A DNA stretch of 64,000 nucleotides, from positions 124,001 to 188,000 of the forward strand of contig NW_026780455.1 of NCBI RefSeq assembly GCF_030144855.1. Direction: 5' to 3'. A model generated the notes under the pieces. The model saw only the letters and a program-made list of their open reading frames with translations, was not told the DNA's origin and made no database searches. Of the stretch, positions 61,659-64,000 are shown piece by piece. Each line of letters opens with the position of its first letter. Position 1 is the stretch's first letter. The DNA comes from Hypanus sabinus (lineage: Eukaryota). Made by a program: the position numbers and the translations under genes.

Positions 61659-62409
61659 CCAGCTGGCATTTAAATGGAGTGGCAGAGCTAGCACACTTGG
61701 CCGTGGGGTGGCGTCTTGTCTATCTGTTCTTTTGACAGCGGAAACGCGATGCAGACTGAAGCAGAAGGGTTTTTGTAGAAACGGTGAGAGAGCAGATGGC
61801 CAATCTTCTGCCAAGATACCAGCTCTTACACAAGCACTGTGACGTCATGCACCCCCAGCACTCTCCAAGCCCCGCACTGACAACGATTTACTTGAATATG
61901 AGGCGGAATTGAGACAGTGAGATTTCATTGCACAGACACTCATTTGATTCTTCCCTGTCACAACGTTTCCGGTTCCGGCTGTTTTCCAAAAGAGACGCTC
62001 TTCCTGCTTTCAGAAAGTCCTGCCAGTAATGGAACATTTTTTTTTTCCGGAACACAGGATTTTTTAAAAGTGTTTTTTTTTTTGCTTGCGATCGCATTTA
62101 CAATTAAAACTACCCCTGTGATTTTCGCCGTCCATAGTTCCATGCTAAAGTTATTTCATCTCACAGGGGACGTTACTCCATCCTTTTGCCATCGGCCCTG
62201 AAAAAGGAGAAACGGTCTCCCCCTCCTTGTCGAGGACACTGAGTGTAAGGTCCAAGATGTCGTGATGAACTGAAGGTGGATTAGACCAGAACCGGAATAT
62301 TGCACACAGCTTTGACAGGAATAGTGCTGCGACAACAGGAAGAGAGGAGGAGATATTCATAGGAGTGCTTCCTGGATAGGACGACTACAGATGCATTGAT
62401 GATGAATCG

Positions 62410-62760
62410 GCCGGGCTTATTTTCACAAACGGGTTTATACTATTGTAAAGGTCGAATGTAATTTGTTTGACACGGCAGTCGGTCCATAACTACGAGGGCC
62501 ATGTTTGAGCTCAGAGAGGAAACACTGTTGGATCGGGACCGGCAGTGGATGTGAAAGGCAAGTTTATGAATGGGATGAGGAGGACGGCGGTAAGTGGCGG
62601 TGGGGGGATAAAAGCATCAGGTAAAAAAAAAGATGACGGAAGGGAGAGATTGTGAATGAAGGGAGGAGTAGGGTGTGAGTAAAAATCAGCTGGAGAGAGA
62701 CGAGGGAGGTAAATCAGGCACATCAGGTAAAGCCGCTGTCTGTAAGAAGTTTCCACATTC
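62410..62760 (-). repeat. Unclassified element, inverted homologue of 927-1,241
   Basis: See the 927-1,241 entry. Confidence 0.75.
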
Positions 62761-63289
62761 CGCAACTCTGCTCCGCTTTCTTCCCGCTGTCCACCGAAGT
62801 ACTGGTGGTTAGGTTAATTGCTGGGTGGAAAATGCGCCGTGATGAGACGAAGGTTAAATCTGAAATGTGTGGGTGGCGCGGATTGAGGAAGTGTATTTCA
62901 AAAAAAAGGGAGCATGTGACTAAGTAAGTAAGAGAATAAACAAACAAAGTAATAGATAAGAAAGTAGATAGGTACATAGGAAGAAGTATAGGCAAACACA
63001 TAAATAAATAGGACGATCTTTGAACTCTGATGGTTTCGTTACTGAGCTGAACACCCGTCACCTCAGAATACCTCGTGTAAACAAGGCCGGGACCTGCTGT
63101 CAGGAAAGGAATAACGACCTCACCAAGCGAGTCTGCCTCATCAAAACAGGTGCTGAATCGACACGGCGATCCAGTTTTTCGCGGTGCAACGCCCCCCTGC
63201 AGCATCTTCCGTAGATGCAACCGCAAAATTAGCGTTTGGCCAGAGAGGAGCACGCTTACGTCCAACCAACCACTGAACCTACGTGATAT

Positions 63290-63360
63290 TTCACCGTCCG
63301 GAGAAAACCCGACAAGATCACAGTGGGAACGTGCAAACTCCACACAGAATTGAACGTGGG
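63290..63360 (-). mobile_element. Decayed HE1-like SINE fragment
   Basis: ccggagaaaacccgac...cacagtgggaacgtgcaaactccacacag resembles the HE1 antisense body. Confidence 0.5.
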
Positions 63361-64000
63361 GTTTTCGAGGCGGAAACTCCCTCAGCTGCGCCAATCTATC
63401 CAATGGCAGATTTAACGACATACATTGAAAAATACCGAAGAGGAATTGAATCTGAAATAACTGAAAGAGGGGTCTTGATGAAGGGGGACGGACTCACTGA
63501 TTGATGAAAACCGTGTGCCTGCGTGTCCGAGTCCGGAGGCGTCCAGGCGGCTTTCCTTGGATATCTGAGCAAATGTAATCGGGTGGTGGGGGGGGAGGGA
63601 CGGGCTTTATTTAGCTGTGATCTGCCCTGGCATCGTTTCTCATTTTTTTGTCCTGTTCTTTTTCGATAGTCTATTGAACATTCTGGGCCTGAATGTGTGG
63701 CGACATTAGCGAGCCGACCCCAGCCCGTCCCAGGGTGTAACGTTTGTCAAAACTCTCAGCGGATTTCACAGCAGAGCGAAGCGGCATGAAGAAGCTGACA
63801 ATGTTTCCCCATCACAGTGCGGATAAACTTCTGTTATCAAGAATTGGGTCCAAGCGTTACGCTGACTTAGTCCTCTGCTCCATCGGCCGCCTGGGGTTTT
63901 TGCTCGAGGCCTCTATCTGTGTCAGTCGCCGTGCAGACTCCAGGCGCAGAAATATGTGGCCGAGTGGTTCAGCTGCAGGCGGCCGGCGCTCAGAGTGAAC

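Noticed and set aside
61768-61841. Perfect reverse nonamer GGTTTTTGT (61,768-61,776) and CACTGTG (61,835-61,841) as a J- or D-type RSS
   Set aside because: They are 58 nt apart, not 12 or 23, and no FGxG J motif follows.
62723-63421. 232-aa minus-strand ORF, and the 84-aa ORF at 63,744-63,998
   Set aside because: No recognisable domain; the first overlaps SINE-derived and low-complexity sequence.
63813-63819. Isolated CACAGTG heptamers (also 15,973, 39,187 and 63,319)
   Set aside because: No nonamer at 12 or 23 nt and no V frame upstream; two lie within repeats.
1-64000. D, J or constant-region exons; tRNA or rRNA genes; CRISPR arrays or prokaryotic systems
   Set aside because: No 12-RSS, FGxG or C1-domain motif was found by eye. 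The sequence is intron-containing vertebrate DNA with no regularly spaced repeat-spacer array.

Overview
Vertebrate DNA from a cartilaginous fish, probably a ray. The taxon is inferred from HE1-type SINEs, dense CR1 LINEs and an expanded GPR139-like family. The window has five N-gaps and no prokaryotic features. It holds four two-exon GPR139-like class A GPCR paralogues: 4.0-8.3 kb (-, intact, 365 aa), 18.9-23.6 kb (-, one +1 homopolymer frameshift), 28.7/31.3-34.7 kb (+, pseudogene with two tandem first exons) and 48.1-51.5 kb (-, intact, 367 aa). These are interleaved with T-cell-receptor V segments. One V family with a degenerate 23-RSS occurs at 1-150 (+) and 56.9-57.5 kb (-), with a relic at 58.8-59.0 kb. 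Two TCR-alpha-like V starts at 26,076 and 38,064 run straight into assembly gaps. An intact TRBV30-like V-beta gene at 60,949-61,658 has a promoter decamer, leader, branch point and perfect 23-RSS. Shared flanks and shared transposon insertions suggest a repeated cassette [GPCR(-) head-to-head with V(+)], expanded in tandem and then remodelled by inversion and deletion. The rest is decayed CR1, Rex/Babar-like, RTE, Tc1, solo-LTR and SINE sequence. No D, J or C segments were seen. All family assignments come from motif recognition, not database searches, and repeat boundaries are approximate.
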